64,000 bases of DNA from NCBI GenBank assembly GCA_045627065.1, contig JAZQMX010000048.1, positions 13,014 to 77,013 of the forward strand, written 5' to 3'. Below the pieces are notes generated by a model. It was not told the origin of the DNA. It saw only the letters and a program-made list of their open reading frames with translations, and ran no database searches. This stretch comes from Bacteroidales bacterium. GTDB lineage: Bacteria > Bacteroidota > Bacteroidia > Bacteroidales > F082. Below, one piece after another: positions 15,394 to 25,819 of the stretch. How positions within the stretch are numbered: position 1 is the stretch's first letter; each line of letters opens with the position of its first letter. The position numbers and the translations under genes are program-made.

Positions 15394-15957
15394 TTACACT
15401 GTCAGGATATCTTGCGACTTGAGTTCTACCAAGTCGTCGATCTTCTTGATGTATTTGTCGGTGAGTTTCTGTATCTCTTCTTGGAGTTGTTTCGACTCGT
15501 CTTCCGAGATGGTGTCTTTTTCAAGTTTCTTGGCGTCGTCGTTGGCGTTGCGGCGGATGCCACGGATGGCTACCTTGGCGTCTTCGGCAGCGGTCTTGGT
15601 GCGCTTCACGAGTTCCTTACGACGTTCCTCGGTGAGGGCAGGGACAGCGATACGAAGGATTTCGCCGTTGTTCATCGGGTTGAAGCCTAAGTTGGCATTC
15701 AGGATGGCCTTGGCGATGTTGTTCAGTGCGCTCTTGTCGAAAGGCTGCACCACAATCATGCGGGCGTCCACGCAGCCGATGTTGGCGGTCTGTTCGATGG
15801 GGACGGTGGTACCGTAGTATTCAACCATAACGCCGTTCAGCATGGCTGGACTGGCTTTGCCTGCTCTAATGCCCTGAAATTCATGCTCCATGTGTTTGAT
15901 GGTGTTGTCCATGCTCTCAGCGGCTTCGTCTAATACAAATTGAGAATCTTCTGTCAT
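15394..15957 (-). CDS. frr: Ribosome recycling factor
   Basis: 187 aa. The sequence ...IRAGKASPAMLNGVMVEYYGTTVPIEQ...LTEERRKELVK is typical of RRF. Confidence 0.95.
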   Translation of the reverse strand: MTEDSQFVLDEAAESMDNTIKHMEHEFQGIRAGKASPAMLNGVMVEYYGTTVPIEQTANIGCVDARMIVVQPFDKSALNNIAKAILNANLGFNPMNNGEILRIAVPALTEERRKELVKRTKTAAEDAKVAIRGIRRNANDDAKKLEKDTISEDESKQLQEEIQKLTDKYIKKIDDLVELKSQDILTV

Positions 15958-15977
15958 ATTCGTTCGAAATTTGGCTG

Positions 15978-15985
15978 CAAAAATA
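15978..15985 (-). promoter_or_regulatory. -7 box (TATTTTTG) for frr
   Basis: The reverse complement of caaaaata. It lies 21 nt upstream of the frr ATG. Confidence 0.45.
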
Positions 15986-16022
15986 GAAATTTTTCGTTTT
16001 TTCTGTGTGATTGTGGCTTTTT

Positions 16023-17915
16023 TTAATTCAAAGGCTCATACAAACCGGTCAAAATAGGACTTCTTGTGGTGGTATAATAGCCGATCCTGTTGACTATGAG
16101 AGGCTTCTTGTCTTGGTTCCAAAGATAGGCCTTGATGTAGGTGCCTTGCTTGCGGATGGATCCGTCAAAGATGATGGCGTCGGCTATCACATTCTCACCA
16201 GGCAACAAAGCACGTCCTTCAAGGTCGGAACCGTGCCAGATGAGCAGCGTGTCAGTCTCGGTGTCGTGCAGCTCGATGACCATGGTGCATCGGTCGAGAG
16301 GGTCGGTGTGGCTGATGTTGGCGGTCACGCCAAAGGCTTCGATGTCGGCGCTGAGGGAGTCGCAGTTGATCTCGAAGCTCTGGCTCCATTCTTGTCCTTC
16401 GACATAGCTATAGGGCGCATCGCTCAGGTCAGTGAGCAGATAGACGCTGCTGTCGCGAGCTTGCTTGCTGAGGGTCAGATATCGTGATGTGAACCAGTCT
16501 TTTGTGAAGACGAGATAGGGGTATTTGCCCACGGCTGTCGTTTCCCAAATGGGTGGCGAGTAGTCGGTCCAGCCGAAGCCGAGCATGGTCTTTTCGTCGT
16601 TGTCGTGAAGCCATTGGTTGAACTCGCCGAGGGAGTTGTCGCGGTTGAAGACGACGCGGTCTTTCACGTCGGTCTGGTCTTGATAGAACTCGGCGGCTCC
16701 CACAATCTCTTCGCGCGTGGCGAATTGGATCTGGTCGCCGTATTTGGCTTGGTCTTCCTGCATCTTGACGGCAATCTGGTCGAAGCCTTGCTCGTACATC
16801 AGCTCATAGTGCTTGCGTGTGCTGATCAGCGAACTGACACCGACGAAGAGGATGATGGCAACGACCATGACGGTCTGCGAGATGGTCATCGTGTTGTTCT
16901 TGAAGAAAGAGAACACCACGATGATGAGGAAAGGATAGCTGAAAATCAGCGTGCTGTGCTGGATGATAGGTTCGCGTAACAGCGAATAGGCAAAGGCTAT
17001 GGCGAAGATGATGACGAACCAGGCAATGCCGACCCATCGCAGTGGACGGTTGCGCTTGTCAAAATGGCTCAAGATGAAGGGCAGGATGATGATGACGCCG
17101 ACGGCGAACATGAACAGGCTGGAGTAGTTCATCGTGTAGCGGATGAAATCGATAAAGAATGTCGATTTAGGTGCTGCCAACCAACCGCCGATGCTGCCGC
17201 TGACGAAGAGCTGCTGATAGAAGATGGGCAGGGTAGGGGCAAACAATACCACCGCTGCCAATCCGCTGAGCCAGTAGGCCTTACGGCGTTCTTTCGGAAG
17301 GAAGAACAAACCGGTGAGGAAGATGAGTCCGGCTTGGGCGATGGAGAAATACTGTATCAGCGAGCAGGCCCACGCCGAGAGCGCGAAGCCGACGTAAACG
17401 CCTATTTTGGGCTTCTTGATTTCGAAGACGATCTTGTACCAGAAGAAGGCCATCAGTAGGACGAAGAACAGGCCTACCGAGTAGGGACGTGCCAGCTGGC
17501 TGTAGAACACGGTGAACTGGCTCACGGCGAAGAAGGCTGCCGAAAGCAAGCCCACCTTGCTGTTGAACCATTGCCGGCCTATCCAATAAATAAGGTAGAC
17601 GGAAGCGATGCCCATCAGCGCAAAAGGCAGTTTGACCCAGAATTCGCTCCAACCGAACAGCTTCACCCAAAAGAGCAGGAAGGTCTGCACGCCGACAGGA
17701 TGGCTGTCGGTGAGGATGCCTTGTTCGATGAAATCGTGCAGGTTGGTGAATCCGGTGCGCGACAAGGCACTGAATTCGTCGTGCATGAAGGGCACATGGC
17801 CGATCCGCCATAGGCGCAGCACCGCCGCCACCGCGACGATGACACCTAAGATGATGTAATCGACGGTGAGGTTGGTCTTAATGCGCGTCTTGCGTAGATG
17901 GTGTTTCCGTTTCAT
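16023..17915 (-). CDS. Polytopic membrane glycosyltransferase, family 39 / ArnT-PMT-like
   Basis: 630 aa. The N-terminal half has more than 10 hydrophobic helices, with an HDEFSA loop after helix 1. The soluble C-terminal domain is large. Assigned by architecture only. Confidence 0.6.
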   Translation of the reverse strand: MKRKHHLRKTRIKTNLTVDYIILGVIVAVAAVLRLWRIGHVPFMHDEFSALSRTGFTNLHDFIEQGILTDSHPVGVQTFLLFWVKLFGWSEFWVKLPFALMGIASVYLIYWIGRQWFNSKVGLLSAAFFAVSQFTVFYSQLARPYSVGLFFVLLMAFFWYKIVFEIKKPKIGVYVGFALSAWACSLIQYFSIAQAGLIFLTGLFFLPKERRKAYWLSGLAAVVLFAPTLPIFYQQLFVSGSIGGWLAAPKSTFFIDFIRYTMNYSSLFMFAVGVIIILPFILSHFDKRNRPLRWVGIAWFVIIFAIAFAYSLLREPIIQHSTLIFSYPFLIIVVFSFFKNNTMTISQTVMVVAIILFVGVSSLISTRKHYELMYEQGFDQIAVKMQEDQAKYGDQIQFATREEIVGAAEFYQDQTDVKDRVVFNRDNSLGEFNQWLHDNDEKTMLGFGWTDYSPPIWETTAVGKYPYLVFTKDWFTSRYLTLSKQARDSSVYLLTDLSDAPYSYVEGQEWSQSFEINCDSLSADIEAFGVTANISHTDPLDRCTMVIELHDTETDTLLIWHGSDLEGRALLPGENVIADAIIFDGSIRKQGTYIKAYLWNQDKKPLIVNRIGYYTTTRSPILTGLYEPLN

Positions 17916-17931
17916 ATTGTGTTCTGTTGTC

Positions 17932-17958
17932 GTAGAGACGCATTGAATGCGTCTCTAC
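17932..17958. terminator. Palindromic hairpin (GAGACGCA family) downstream of pyrH
   Basis: gtagagacgcaTTGAAtgcgtctctac is a perfect 11-bp stem with a 5-nt loop. It lies between the pyrH stop (17964) and the next gene's start (17915). There is no U-tract. Confidence 0.6.
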
Positions 17959-17963
17959 AGGGT

Positions 17964-18671
17964 TTATTTCGTTACCAACGTGCCGATATTTTCACCTTGC
18001 AACACCTTCATCAGGTTGCCGCGGGTGTTCATGTCGAAGACGTACATCGGCATGTTGTTTTCCTTGCACATGGTGAAGGCGGTCATGTCCATCACCTTGA
18101 GGTTACGTTCGTAGGCTTCGTCGTAGGTGATGTGTTCGAACTTGGTGGCTGTAGGGTCTTTCTCGGGGTCGGCGGTGTAGATGCCATCCACACGGGTGCC
18201 TTTCAGGATGATGTCGGCCTTGATTTCGACGGCACGGAGGGCTGAGCCGGTGTCGGTGGTGAAGAATGGGTTGCCGGTGCCAGCGCCCATGATGACGATG
18301 TGGCCTTCGTTGAGCAGACGAATGGCTTTGGCACTGCTCATGGTGTCGGCGATGCGGTCGATGTAGAGACCTGAGAGCAGGGTGGCGCGTTGTCCTTTGC
18401 CTTCCAAGGTGGATTGCAAAGCCATGCTGTTGATGACGGTGGCGAGCATACCCATGTAGTCGCCTTGGATGCGGTCCATGCCTTTAGAGGCTCCTTGCAG
18501 GCCGCGGAAGATGTTGCCGCCACCGATGACGATGCCAATCTGCACGCCGGTCTTGGCAGCTTCGATGATTTGGTCGGCATAGTCGTTCAGACGTTGTGGG
18601 TCGATGCCATACTGCTGCTCACCCATGAGGGCTTCGCCGCTAAGTTTCAAAAGTACTCTGTTGTATTTCAT
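17964..18671 (-). CDS. pyrH: UMP kinase
   Basis: 235 aa. MKYNRVLLKLSGEAL...GGGNIFRG...MGAGTGNPFFTTDT are classic PyrH motifs. Confidence 0.96.
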   Translation of the reverse strand: MKYNRVLLKLSGEALMGEQQYGIDPQRLNDYADQIIEAAKTGVQIGIVIGGGNIFRGLQGASKGMDRIQGDYMGMLATVINSMALQSTLEGKGQRATLLSGLYIDRIADTMSSAKAIRLLNEGHIVIMGAGTGNPFFTTDTGSALRAVEIKADIILKGTRVDGIYTADPEKDPTATKFEHITYDEAYERNLKVMDMTAFTMCKENNMPMYVFDMNTRGNLMKVLQGENIGTLVTK

Positions 18672-18695
18672 TTTCGTTGAATTTTTATGTGATTC

Positions 18696-21230
18696 TTAAT
18701 GTTTTATGAATTTAACTGTCAGTGTTCCGTTTGCAATGAAGTAGATGCCATCAGCCAATCCAGAGACGTCGATGCGGTTCTCGCCTTCGCTGATGTTGAG
18801 GGTCATGGCTTTTTGTCCAACGGCATTGTACACGTGCAAAATGCAGTCGGTGTTGCTATTGATGGTAACCATTGAGGTGGCCGTGGTAGGATAGAGGCAG
18901 ATGCTGTTGCCTGCTTCGTCGATGCTCAAGGTGGTCTCGGCGGTCACGGGGCCTGCTGGGGTGGATTCGCCTTCGAGGTATTTGGCCGTCACGGTGTAGT
19001 GATAGGTGCCAGGTTGGAGGTTCTCGTCGGTGTATTCAAACTCGAAGGCTTCGCCGATGATCATGTCGTTGCGGTAGATGAGGTAGCTCTCGGGTTCGCC
19101 TTGGATAGGTGCGCCCCAAGTCAGTTTCACCCAGTCGTTCTGTATGAGTTCGGCTTGCAGGTTGGTAGGCGGGAAGAGGATGCTGGCTTGCGCATATTTC
19201 ATGCAGGTGGCCTTGGCTTCCATGTCGGCATCGGTGAAGGCCACGGTGATGGCATCGCCGTTGAGGGCTACGACAGGGTTGTTGATCTGGCCGTCGGTGC
19301 AGGTCGTTGGACCTACGTTTTCCCAAGCTGTGCCGTCGAATTTCACCACGCTGAGCTTATTGTTTTCGTTCTGGTTGATGAAGGCGAGGATGATGTCGGT
19401 GCCGTCGGCAACCATGTCGAACTTCTCGGTTTGGCAGCCGCTGATGTTTTCGGCCACGGTCTGCCAAGCACCGTTTTCAAAGCGGAAGAGGTCGATGTTG
19501 CGGGTCGAATAGTTGTTGTTGGCCACGTATAGGTTGTCTTCGCTGTCGAAGGCGATTTCGGTGTAGTAGTAGGCCATGCCGAGGCTCTCGCCTACTTGCT
19601 GCCAAGCGCCGTTTTCGAACTTGCTGACATAGACTTCGTCGCCTGCATAATAGTCTGTATAAGAGACGTATGGCGTGTTGTTGCTATCGAAAGCCATCTC
19701 ATGCCAATAGCCGTAGCCAGAATAGAGACCGTCGCCGAGTGGCACCCATGTGTTGTTTTCCAGGCGGTGTGCCATGCCCATGTAACCTCCCGAAGCGTCG
19801 CGGTGGAGCAGGTAAGGCATGTCGTTGTGGTCGAGGAAGATCTTGGTCTCGGGACCGCTGAAGGCATCGCCGATGGTCTGCCAGCTGCTGCCGTCCCATT
19901 TCATAGCGTGGCCTGTGCCGCTGTTCTCGTCGAAAGCGATGTAGACCTCGCCGTTGGAGGCGATGGCCATGCTCGATGGCGTGACGCTGACGGGGCTCTG
20001 CGTGTCGCCCAGTTTCTCCCAAACGTCACTGCCGTTGGCGTTTCTATAGACGGTGGCGTTACCGCCTTCATTGCCAAAGACGTAGGTGTTGCCTTCGTTG
20101 TCGCACTTGACGCTGAAAACGGTGAATTCTGCTCCGCTGAAAGCGCGGTCGCCTACATATTCCCAGCTGCCGTTGAGCGGGTCGGCGACTTCGATGGTGA
20201 AACTTTGTTCGGTGGTGTTCACACCATCGGTGATTTGCAGTGTGACATCGAAATTACCCGTCTCGTTAGGCGTGCCTTGCAGCACGGCCGATTTGTTGTC
20301 GTATTGCTCGAGGGTGAGCCAGTCAGGGAGGGTGGTGGCATCGATGACGACAGTTTCATCGTCGGTGTCGTGGAAATAGATATTGTACAAGTAGTTGAGT
20401 CCTACGTGAGCTTCAGCATTTCCCGTTGAGGTGAACTTCGGAGCGGCGTTGTCGCTGCCGTTGAGGTAGGTGCTAGTGCCGGCATTGTCGATGCTTCCAT
20501 CAGGGGCGATGAGCACACCGATGACGCGGATATAGTTCGGGTCGTAGCCTTCAGGAATCTCGTAGGTGAACTCGGCAAAGGTCGTTTCGCCAGCGGGCAA
20601 TGTGGTAGGTAGCGAGTTGCTTTGGCCGTTGTAACCTCCCAAAAGCATTCTCCCGACATGGTCGTAGGCGATGCGGTTGGCGGGAATCTGGGTGGGCATG
20701 TTCTCGAAGCCGCCCATTGGGCCGTGACCGCCGCCGCTGTAGCTGTTGGATTGGTTGTAGGTTGGAGCAGGACCGGTGACGGCATCTTCTACGACGATGG
20801 CACCGATGCGGTAATCGCTGTTGAGTTCGGCAAGAGCCTCGATGTTGACGGTCGCAGCGATGGTGCGTGTGTCGGCATCGTAATCGTTTGTGACGTTGAC
20901 GTTGGCCAGAGGTTCAGACTGCATCTCAAGCTCTGTCTTTGCGAACCAGCTATCGACGCCAAGGCCAAGATAATGGCGACCGACGTTAGCCGTTGGGGCG
21001 CCGGTCAGGCCTGAGGCCTCGAAATATTCGGCATATTCCATCGGGTCGTCGCAGTGGATGGCGACGAAAATCACGTTATCGTAGGTCTTCACCAGCGAAT
21101 CACCATAATAGATGCCGCTAGGACACCATTGGCACCAGGTGCCGGTGAGCTCCTCGACGAGGACGTTCTTCTGTGCGAAGCTCATGCTTGCGATGAGCAG
21201 CAGGGCAAGGGTAAGGAAGGATTTTCTCAT
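18696..21230 (-). CDS. T9SS-sorted surface protein with an N-terminal thioredoxin-like/Omp28-like CxxC module
   Basis: Start trimmed to MRKSFLTLALLLIASMSFAQ (21230). It contains LVEELTGTWCQWCPSG. The C-terminal Por tail is ...LYPTTATSMVTINS...GIYFIANGTLTVKFIKH. Confidence 0.7.
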   Translation of the reverse strand: MRKSFLTLALLLIASMSFAQKNVLVEELTGTWCQWCPSGIYYGDSLVKTYDNVIFVAIHCDDPMEYAEYFEASGLTGAPTANVGRHYLGLGVDSWFAKTELEMQSEPLANVNVTNDYDADTRTIAATVNIEALAELNSDYRIGAIVVEDAVTGPAPTYNQSNSYSGGGHGPMGGFENMPTQIPANRIAYDHVGRMLLGGYNGQSNSLPTTLPAGETTFAEFTYEIPEGYDPNYIRVIGVLIAPDGSIDNAGTSTYLNGSDNAAPKFTSTGNAEAHVGLNYLYNIYFHDTDDETVVIDATTLPDWLTLEQYDNKSAVLQGTPNETGNFDVTLQITDGVNTTEQSFTIEVADPLNGSWEYVGDRAFSGAEFTVFSVKCDNEGNTYVFGNEGGNATVYRNANGSDVWEKLGDTQSPVSVTPSSMAIASNGEVYIAFDENSGTGHAMKWDGSSWQTIGDAFSGPETKIFLDHNDMPYLLHRDASGGYMGMAHRLENNTWVPLGDGLYSGYGYWHEMAFDSNNTPYVSYTDYYAGDEVYVSKFENGAWQQVGESLGMAYYYTEIAFDSEDNLYVANNNYSTRNIDLFRFENGAWQTVAENISGCQTEKFDMVADGTDIILAFINQNENNKLSVVKFDGTAWENVGPTTCTDGQINNPVVALNGDAITVAFTDADMEAKATCMKYAQASILFPPTNLQAELIQNDWVKLTWGAPIQGEPESYLIYRNDMIIGEAFEFEYTDENLQPGTYHYTVTAKYLEGESTPAGPVTAETTLSIDEAGNSICLYPTTATSMVTINSNTDCILHVYNAVGQKAMTLNISEGENRIDVSGLADGIYFIANGTLTVKFIKH

Positions 21231-21362
21231 ACGCGTTTCTGATTTGAATTCGGGGCAAAGATAGTCTTTTTTCGACAACGGAATAAAACATTTTTTACGA
21301 GGGAAGGCCATCTGCGAACAGACAGCCTTCCGATATAAAAACCATGAAAAACTTCTTTTTTC

Positions 21363-24300
21363 TTATTCTGCTCCGCCTTCCAAGCGGCCATGGCAGTTCT
21401 TGTATTTCTTGCCACTGCCACAAGGACATGGGTCGTTGCGGCCCACCTTCTTCTCCACTCGGATAGGTTGAGTCACTTGCTTCTGTTGGGTGTCGCTGTG
21501 TGATTGGGTGAGCAGGTCGTTGCGTTGCTCCTTGATGCGGCTGCGGTCGATGCCTTGTGCACGGCTCTCACGGACATTGTCGGGGTTTTGTACAGGCAAG
21601 TCGGCAAGCATCAGGAAACTGATGACGTCTTCGTTGATCTTCTCCAGCATGGCGCTGAAGAGGTTGAACGATTCGAGTTTATAGATGACCAACGGGTCTT
21701 TCTGTTCGTAGGTGGCGTTCTGCACCGATTCCTTCAGGTCGTCGAGTTCGCGGAGGTGTTCCTTCCAAGCGTTGTCGATGAGGCCGAGGGTGATGCTCTT
21801 CTCGATGCAGAGGTTCACCTCGCGGGCACCGTTCTCGACGGCTCTCTTCAGGTTGACGATGACGTTCATGCCACGCTTGCCGTCGGTAATCGGGATGGCG
21901 ATGTTCTCGAAGTGCGTCTCTCTCTCGTACACGTTCTTGATGACAGGCAAGGTCTTCTCGCCGATGATGCGTGACTTCTCACGATAGTGTTCCAAGGCAG
22001 CGTCGAAGAGCTTCTCAGCCAATTGCTGAGGTTTCGTACGGTCGAATTCTTCCTCGCTGAAAGGCAAGTCAATGCCCATGCCCGAGAGCACTGCCATCTG
22101 CAGGCCTTCGTAGTCCTTCTCGCAGTCGTTGATGAGCTTCTCGCCGTAGTCGAACATCATGTTGTTGATGTCGATTGACAGACGCTCGCCAAACAGGGCG
22201 TGGTGACGTTTCTTGTAGATGACTTCACGTTGCGAGTTCATCACGTCGTCGTATTCGAGCAGGTGCTTACGGGTACCGAAGTGGTTCTCTTCGACTTTCT
22301 TCTGAGCTTTCTCGATTTGTTTGGTGATCATTGGGTGCTGGATGACTTCGCCTTCCTGCAAGCCCATCTTGTCCATGATGCCGGCGATGCGTTCTGAGCC
22401 GAACATACGCATCAGGTTGTCTTCCAACGAGACGTAGAACTGTGAGCTACCAGGGTCGCCTTGACGGCCTGAACGACCGCGCAGCTGTCTATCTACACGA
22501 CGGCTCTCGTGACGTTCCGTGCCGATGATGGCCAAACCGCCAGCTTCCTTCACGCCAGGTCCGAGCTTGATATCGGTACCACGACCAGCCATGTTGGTGG
22601 CGATGGTGACGGTGCCAGCCTGACCTGCTTCCTTGACGATTTGAGCTTCCTTGAAGTGCAGTTTAGCATTCAACACGTTGTGTGGGATGCTCTTTCGGGT
22701 CAACATGCGGCTGAGCAATTCGGAGATTTCGACCGAGGTGGTACCCACCAGCACAGGACGGCCTTCGTTGACCAGACGTTGGATCTCGTCGATGACGGCA
22801 TTGTATTTCTCACGCTTCGTCTTGTAGATCATGTCTTCTTGGTCGTGACGTGCGATAGGACGGTTGGTCGGGATGACGACGACATCGAGTTTGTAGATGT
22901 CCCAGAATTCACCGGCTTCGGTCTCAGCGGTACCAGTCATACCTGCCAGTTTGTGATACATGCGGAAGTAGTTCTGCAAGGTGATGGTGGCATAGGTCTG
23001 CGTGGCGGCTTCCACCTTCACGTTTTCCTTGGCTTCCACGGCTTGGTGCAAGCCATCGCTCCAACGACGGCCTTCCATGATACGGCCGGTCTGCTCATCC
23101 ACAATCTTCACCTTATTGTCGATGATGACGTAGTCAACGTCCTTTTCAAATAAGGTGTAGGCTTTCAGCAGCTGGTGGACGGTGTGCAGACGTTCTGACT
23201 TCTCGCCGAAGTTACGCATCAACTCGGCCTTGCGGAGCACCTTCTCGTCGTTGGTGAGGTTGGAGTGTTCCAACTCGGCGATTTCGCTTCCCACATCAGG
23301 CAAGATGAAGAAATCAGGTGTGTTGTAGGCGCTAGTGAGGGTGTCGATACCTTTTTCAGTGAGGTCGACGGTATTGAGTTTCTCGTCGATGACGAAATAA
23401 AGTTCGTCGTCGATGATGTGCATGTTTTCGTTCTTGTTTTGCATGTAGAAGCCTTCAGTCTTTTGCATGAGGCTCTTCATGCCTTCTTCGCTCAGGAACT
23501 TGATGAGGGCGCTGTTCTTAGGTAGACCACGATAGGCGCGGAACAGTTGGTCGGCACCATGTCTCTTCTCGTCTTCAGAGGCGTTAGGGTCAGAGAGGAT
23601 GCGCTTGGCTTCGGCCAGGATTCCGGTCACGAGACGTTTCTGGGCTTCGTACAGTTTCACCACGTCGGGCTTCAACTGGTCGAACTCTTGCTGGTCGCCG
23701 CGTGGGGTAGGACCGCTGATGATAAGAGGCGTACGGGCATCGTCAATCAACACGGAGTCAACTTCGTCGACGATGGCGTAGTGGTGCTTGCGCTGGACGA
23801 GTTCGTTAGGATCGCCTGTCATGTTGTCGCGCAAGTAGTCGAAGCCGAATTCGTTGTTCGTACCGTAGGTGATGTCGGCCATGTAAGCCTTGCGGCGTGC
23901 TGCCGAGTTAGGCTCGTGCTTGTCGATGCAATCGACGGTGAGGCCGAGGAATTCATACATGGCTCCCATCCACTCGGAGTCACGCTTGGCCAGGTAGTCG
24001 TTCACGGTGACGACATGCACGCCCTTACCAGCTAAGGCGTTCAGATATACTGGCAAGGTGGCCACGAGAGTCTTACCTTCACCAGTGGCCATTTCGGCGA
24101 TCTTGCCTTGGTGCAACACGATACCGCCGATGATCTGCACGTCGTAGTGCACCATGTCCCAACTGACCATGTTGCCACCTGCCATCCAACTGTTCTTGAA
24201 GTAGGCCTTGTCGCCTTCGATGGTGACGTGTTCATATTTGGCGGCCAAGTCGCGGTCGAGGTCGGTGGCAGTCACTTCTACCACTTCGTGTTCGCAGAAG

Positions 24301-24659
24301 TATTTGGCAGCGGCTTTCACCACGGAGAAGGCTTCGGGTTGGATCTCGTTGAGGGCTTCCTCGATGAGCTCGAGCTCACGCTTTTCAAGCTTGTCGATTT
24401 GGGTGTAGATCTTTTCCTTGTCGTCGGGTTCCATGTCGAGGTCGGCTTCGGCCTTGGCCTTCAGCGTTTCAATCTCGGCTACCACAGCGGCGGTCTTGTT
24501 TTTTATATATTCCTTGAACTCAACGGTCTTGTGACGGATGGCGTCGATGTCGAGTTTTACGATTTCGTCGTAGGCTTTGAGGGTTTTTTCAAGTATGGGG
24601 GCAAGGGCTTTGTTGTCGCGCGAAGCCTTGTCGCCAAAGAGTTTCTTTAGGAATCCCAT
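21363..24659 (-). CDS. secA: Preprotein translocase ATPase SecA
   Basis: Start trimmed to [10 protein letters not shown] (24659). It has DEAD-like motor motifs ([27 protein letters not shown]) and a C-terminal zinc motif, [14 protein letters not shown]. Confidence 0.96.
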   Translation of the reverse strand: MGFLKKLFGDKASRDNKALAPILEKTLKAYDEIVKLDIDAIRHKTVEFKEYIKNKTAAVVAEIETLKAKAEADLDMEPDDKEKIYTQIDKLEKRELELIEEALNEIQPEAFSVVKAAAKYFCEHEVVEVTATDLDRDLAAKYEHVTIEGDKAYFKNSWMAGGNMVSWDMVHYDVQIIGGIVLHQGKIAEMATGEGKTLVATLPVYLNALAGKGVHVVTVNDYLAKRDSEWMGAMYEFLGLTVDCIDKHEPNSAARRKAYMADITYGTNNEFGFDYLRDNMTGDPNELVQRKHHYAIVDEVDSVLIDDARTPLIISGPTPRGDQQEFDQLKPDVVKLYEAQKRLVTGILAEAKRILSDPNASEDEKRHGADQLFRAYRGLPKNSALIKFLSEEGMKSLMQKTEGFYMQNKNENMHIIDDELYFVIDEKLNTVDLTEKGIDTLTSAYNTPDFFILPDVGSEIAELEHSNLTNDEKVLRKAELMRNFGEKSERLHTVHQLLKAYTLFEKDVDYVIIDNKVKIVDEQTGRIMEGRRWSDGLHQAVEAKENVKVEAATQTYATITLQNYFRMYHKLAGMTGTAETEAGEFWDIYKLDVVVIPTNRPIARHDQEDMIYKTKREKYNAVIDEIQRLVNEGRPVLVGTTSVEISELLSRMLTRKSIPHNVLNAKLHFKEAQIVKEAGQAGTVTIATNMAGRGTDIKLGPGVKEAGGLAIIGTERHESRRVDRQLRGRSGRQGDPGSSQFYVSLEDNLMRMFGSERIAGIMDKMGLQEGEVIQHPMITKQIEKAQKKVEENHFGTRKHLLEYDDVMNSQREVIYKKRHHALFGERLSIDINNMMFDYGEKLINDCEKDYEGLQMAVLSGMGIDLPFSEEEFDRTKPQQLAEKLFDAALEHYREKSRIIGEKTLPVIKNVYERETHFENIAIPITDGKRGMNVIVNLKRAVENGAREVNLCIEKSITLGLIDNAWKEHLRELDDLKESVQNATYEQKDPLVIYKLESFNLFSAMLEKINEDVISFLMLADLPVQNPDNVRESRAQGIDRSRIKEQRNDLLTQSHSDTQQKQVTQPIRVEKKVGRNDPCPCGSGKKYKNCHGRLEGGAE

Positions 24660-24734
24660 GTTTTTCTTTGTATTTATGAATGATATAAGTTTGTCTGATT
24701 CTACAGATGATGTTTGCTTGTGGCAAAAATCGTG

Positions 24735-24742
24735 CAAAGGTA
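24735..24742 (-). promoter_or_regulatory. -7 box (TACCTTTG) for secA
   Basis: The reverse complement of caaaggta. It lies 76 nt upstream of the ATG at 24659. Confidence 0.4.
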
Positions 24743-24872
24743 ATGTTTTTCCGTGAAGTGAGGAAATTATGTGACAAAAAGTCAGTTGTTTTTAGGAAAA
24801 TTGACGAAGGCCAATTGTTGTGGCGAGAAACGAAAAACCTGTGCGAAAAATGAAATTTTGAATGAAATTATT

Positions 24873-24880
24873 TATTTTTG
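24873..24880 (+). promoter_or_regulatory. -7 box (TATTTTTG) for the lipid kinase gene
   Basis: Matches TAnnTTTG. It lies 23 nt upstream of the ATG at 24903. Confidence 0.5.
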
Positions 24881-24902
24881 CAGAAAATATAATTGTTATC
24901 TG

Positions 24903-25808
24903 ATGCATTACATTTTTATCATCGGGCGTTCGGATATGAATTCCGATACCAGTACGGTGGAAAAGCAAATAGAGGAGGCTCAGTCCGCCTTGATGAGACA
25001 TGGCGATGAGAGCGAATGCTATTGGATTAAGAATATTGGCGACGGGACTCGCAAGGTGCGTATCTACAACGATTTGCATCCAAACGAGAAAGTGTGCTTT
25101 GTGGCTTGCGGTGGCGACCGTACCATTGGCGAGGTGGTGTCAGGATTGGTCGGCTTCGAAAACAAATCCATGGCTATCATCAAGCTTGGCGACACGGGCA
25201 ACGATTTTATCAAATGTTTTCCCGACAAGGATTTCCAGAATGCTGACGCCTTGCTGAACGGTCAAGTCAAGGAAGTGGATGTCATCAAGGTTAACGATAG
25301 TTATGCGCTGAATGTCTGTGATTTTGGCTTCGACTCGGTGGCCGGTAGCGTGGCTAACGAAATGTTCGAGTCGGGAAGTGCAAAGGCGTATGAATGGGGT
25401 ATTTTTTCCGCGATTCTTACTGCACGTTTCAACAGAATCAAGGTTATTGCCGATGGAGAGAAGTTGGGCCGCCACCATATGTTGCTGTGCGCTATCTGTA
25501 ATGGACAGTATTTGGGAAGCGGTTACCATTGTGCACCTCATGCGCTCCTCGACGACGGACTCATGGACGTCTGTTATATCAAGCCTTTGACGCTGTTGGG
25601 CTTTCTCAGACTTATGCCTATCTATAAAAGAGGGGAGCATCTAGAGCATCCTCACTTCAAGAAAAAGATAGTATATCGCCAAGTCAAGCATGTTGATGTG
25701 ATTTCGAAAGAAATGGTAGAGTTGTGCATCGATGGAGAGATGCTGCCAGGCACGAAGTTCAGCATCGACATATTGCCAAAAGCCATTAAGTTAGTCTTGC
25801 CAGAATAA
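24903..25808 (+). CDS. Diacylglycerol/lipid kinase family protein (YegS/DAGK catalytic domain)
   Basis: VCFVACGGDRTIGEVVSGL is a variant of the GGDGT motif, and the C-terminal accessory domain is present. Start trimmed from 24771 to the ATG at 24903, downstream of the -7 box. Confidence 0.75.
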   Translation: MHYIFIIGRSDMNSDTSTVEKQIEEAQSALMRHGDESECYWIKNIGDGTRKVRIYNDLHPNEKVCFVACGGDRTIGEVVSGLVGFENKSMAIIKLGDTGNDFIKCFPDKDFQNADALLNGQVKEVDVIKVNDSYALNVCDFGFDSVAGSVANEMFESGSAKAYEWGIFSAILTARFNRIKVIADGEKLGRHHMLLCAICNGQYLGSGYHCAPHALLDDGLMDVCYIKPLTLLGFLRLMPIYKRGEHLEHPHFKKKIVYRQVKHVDVISKEMVELCIDGEMLPGTKFSIDILPKAIKLVLPE

Positions 25809-25819
25809 TCTTTACAACA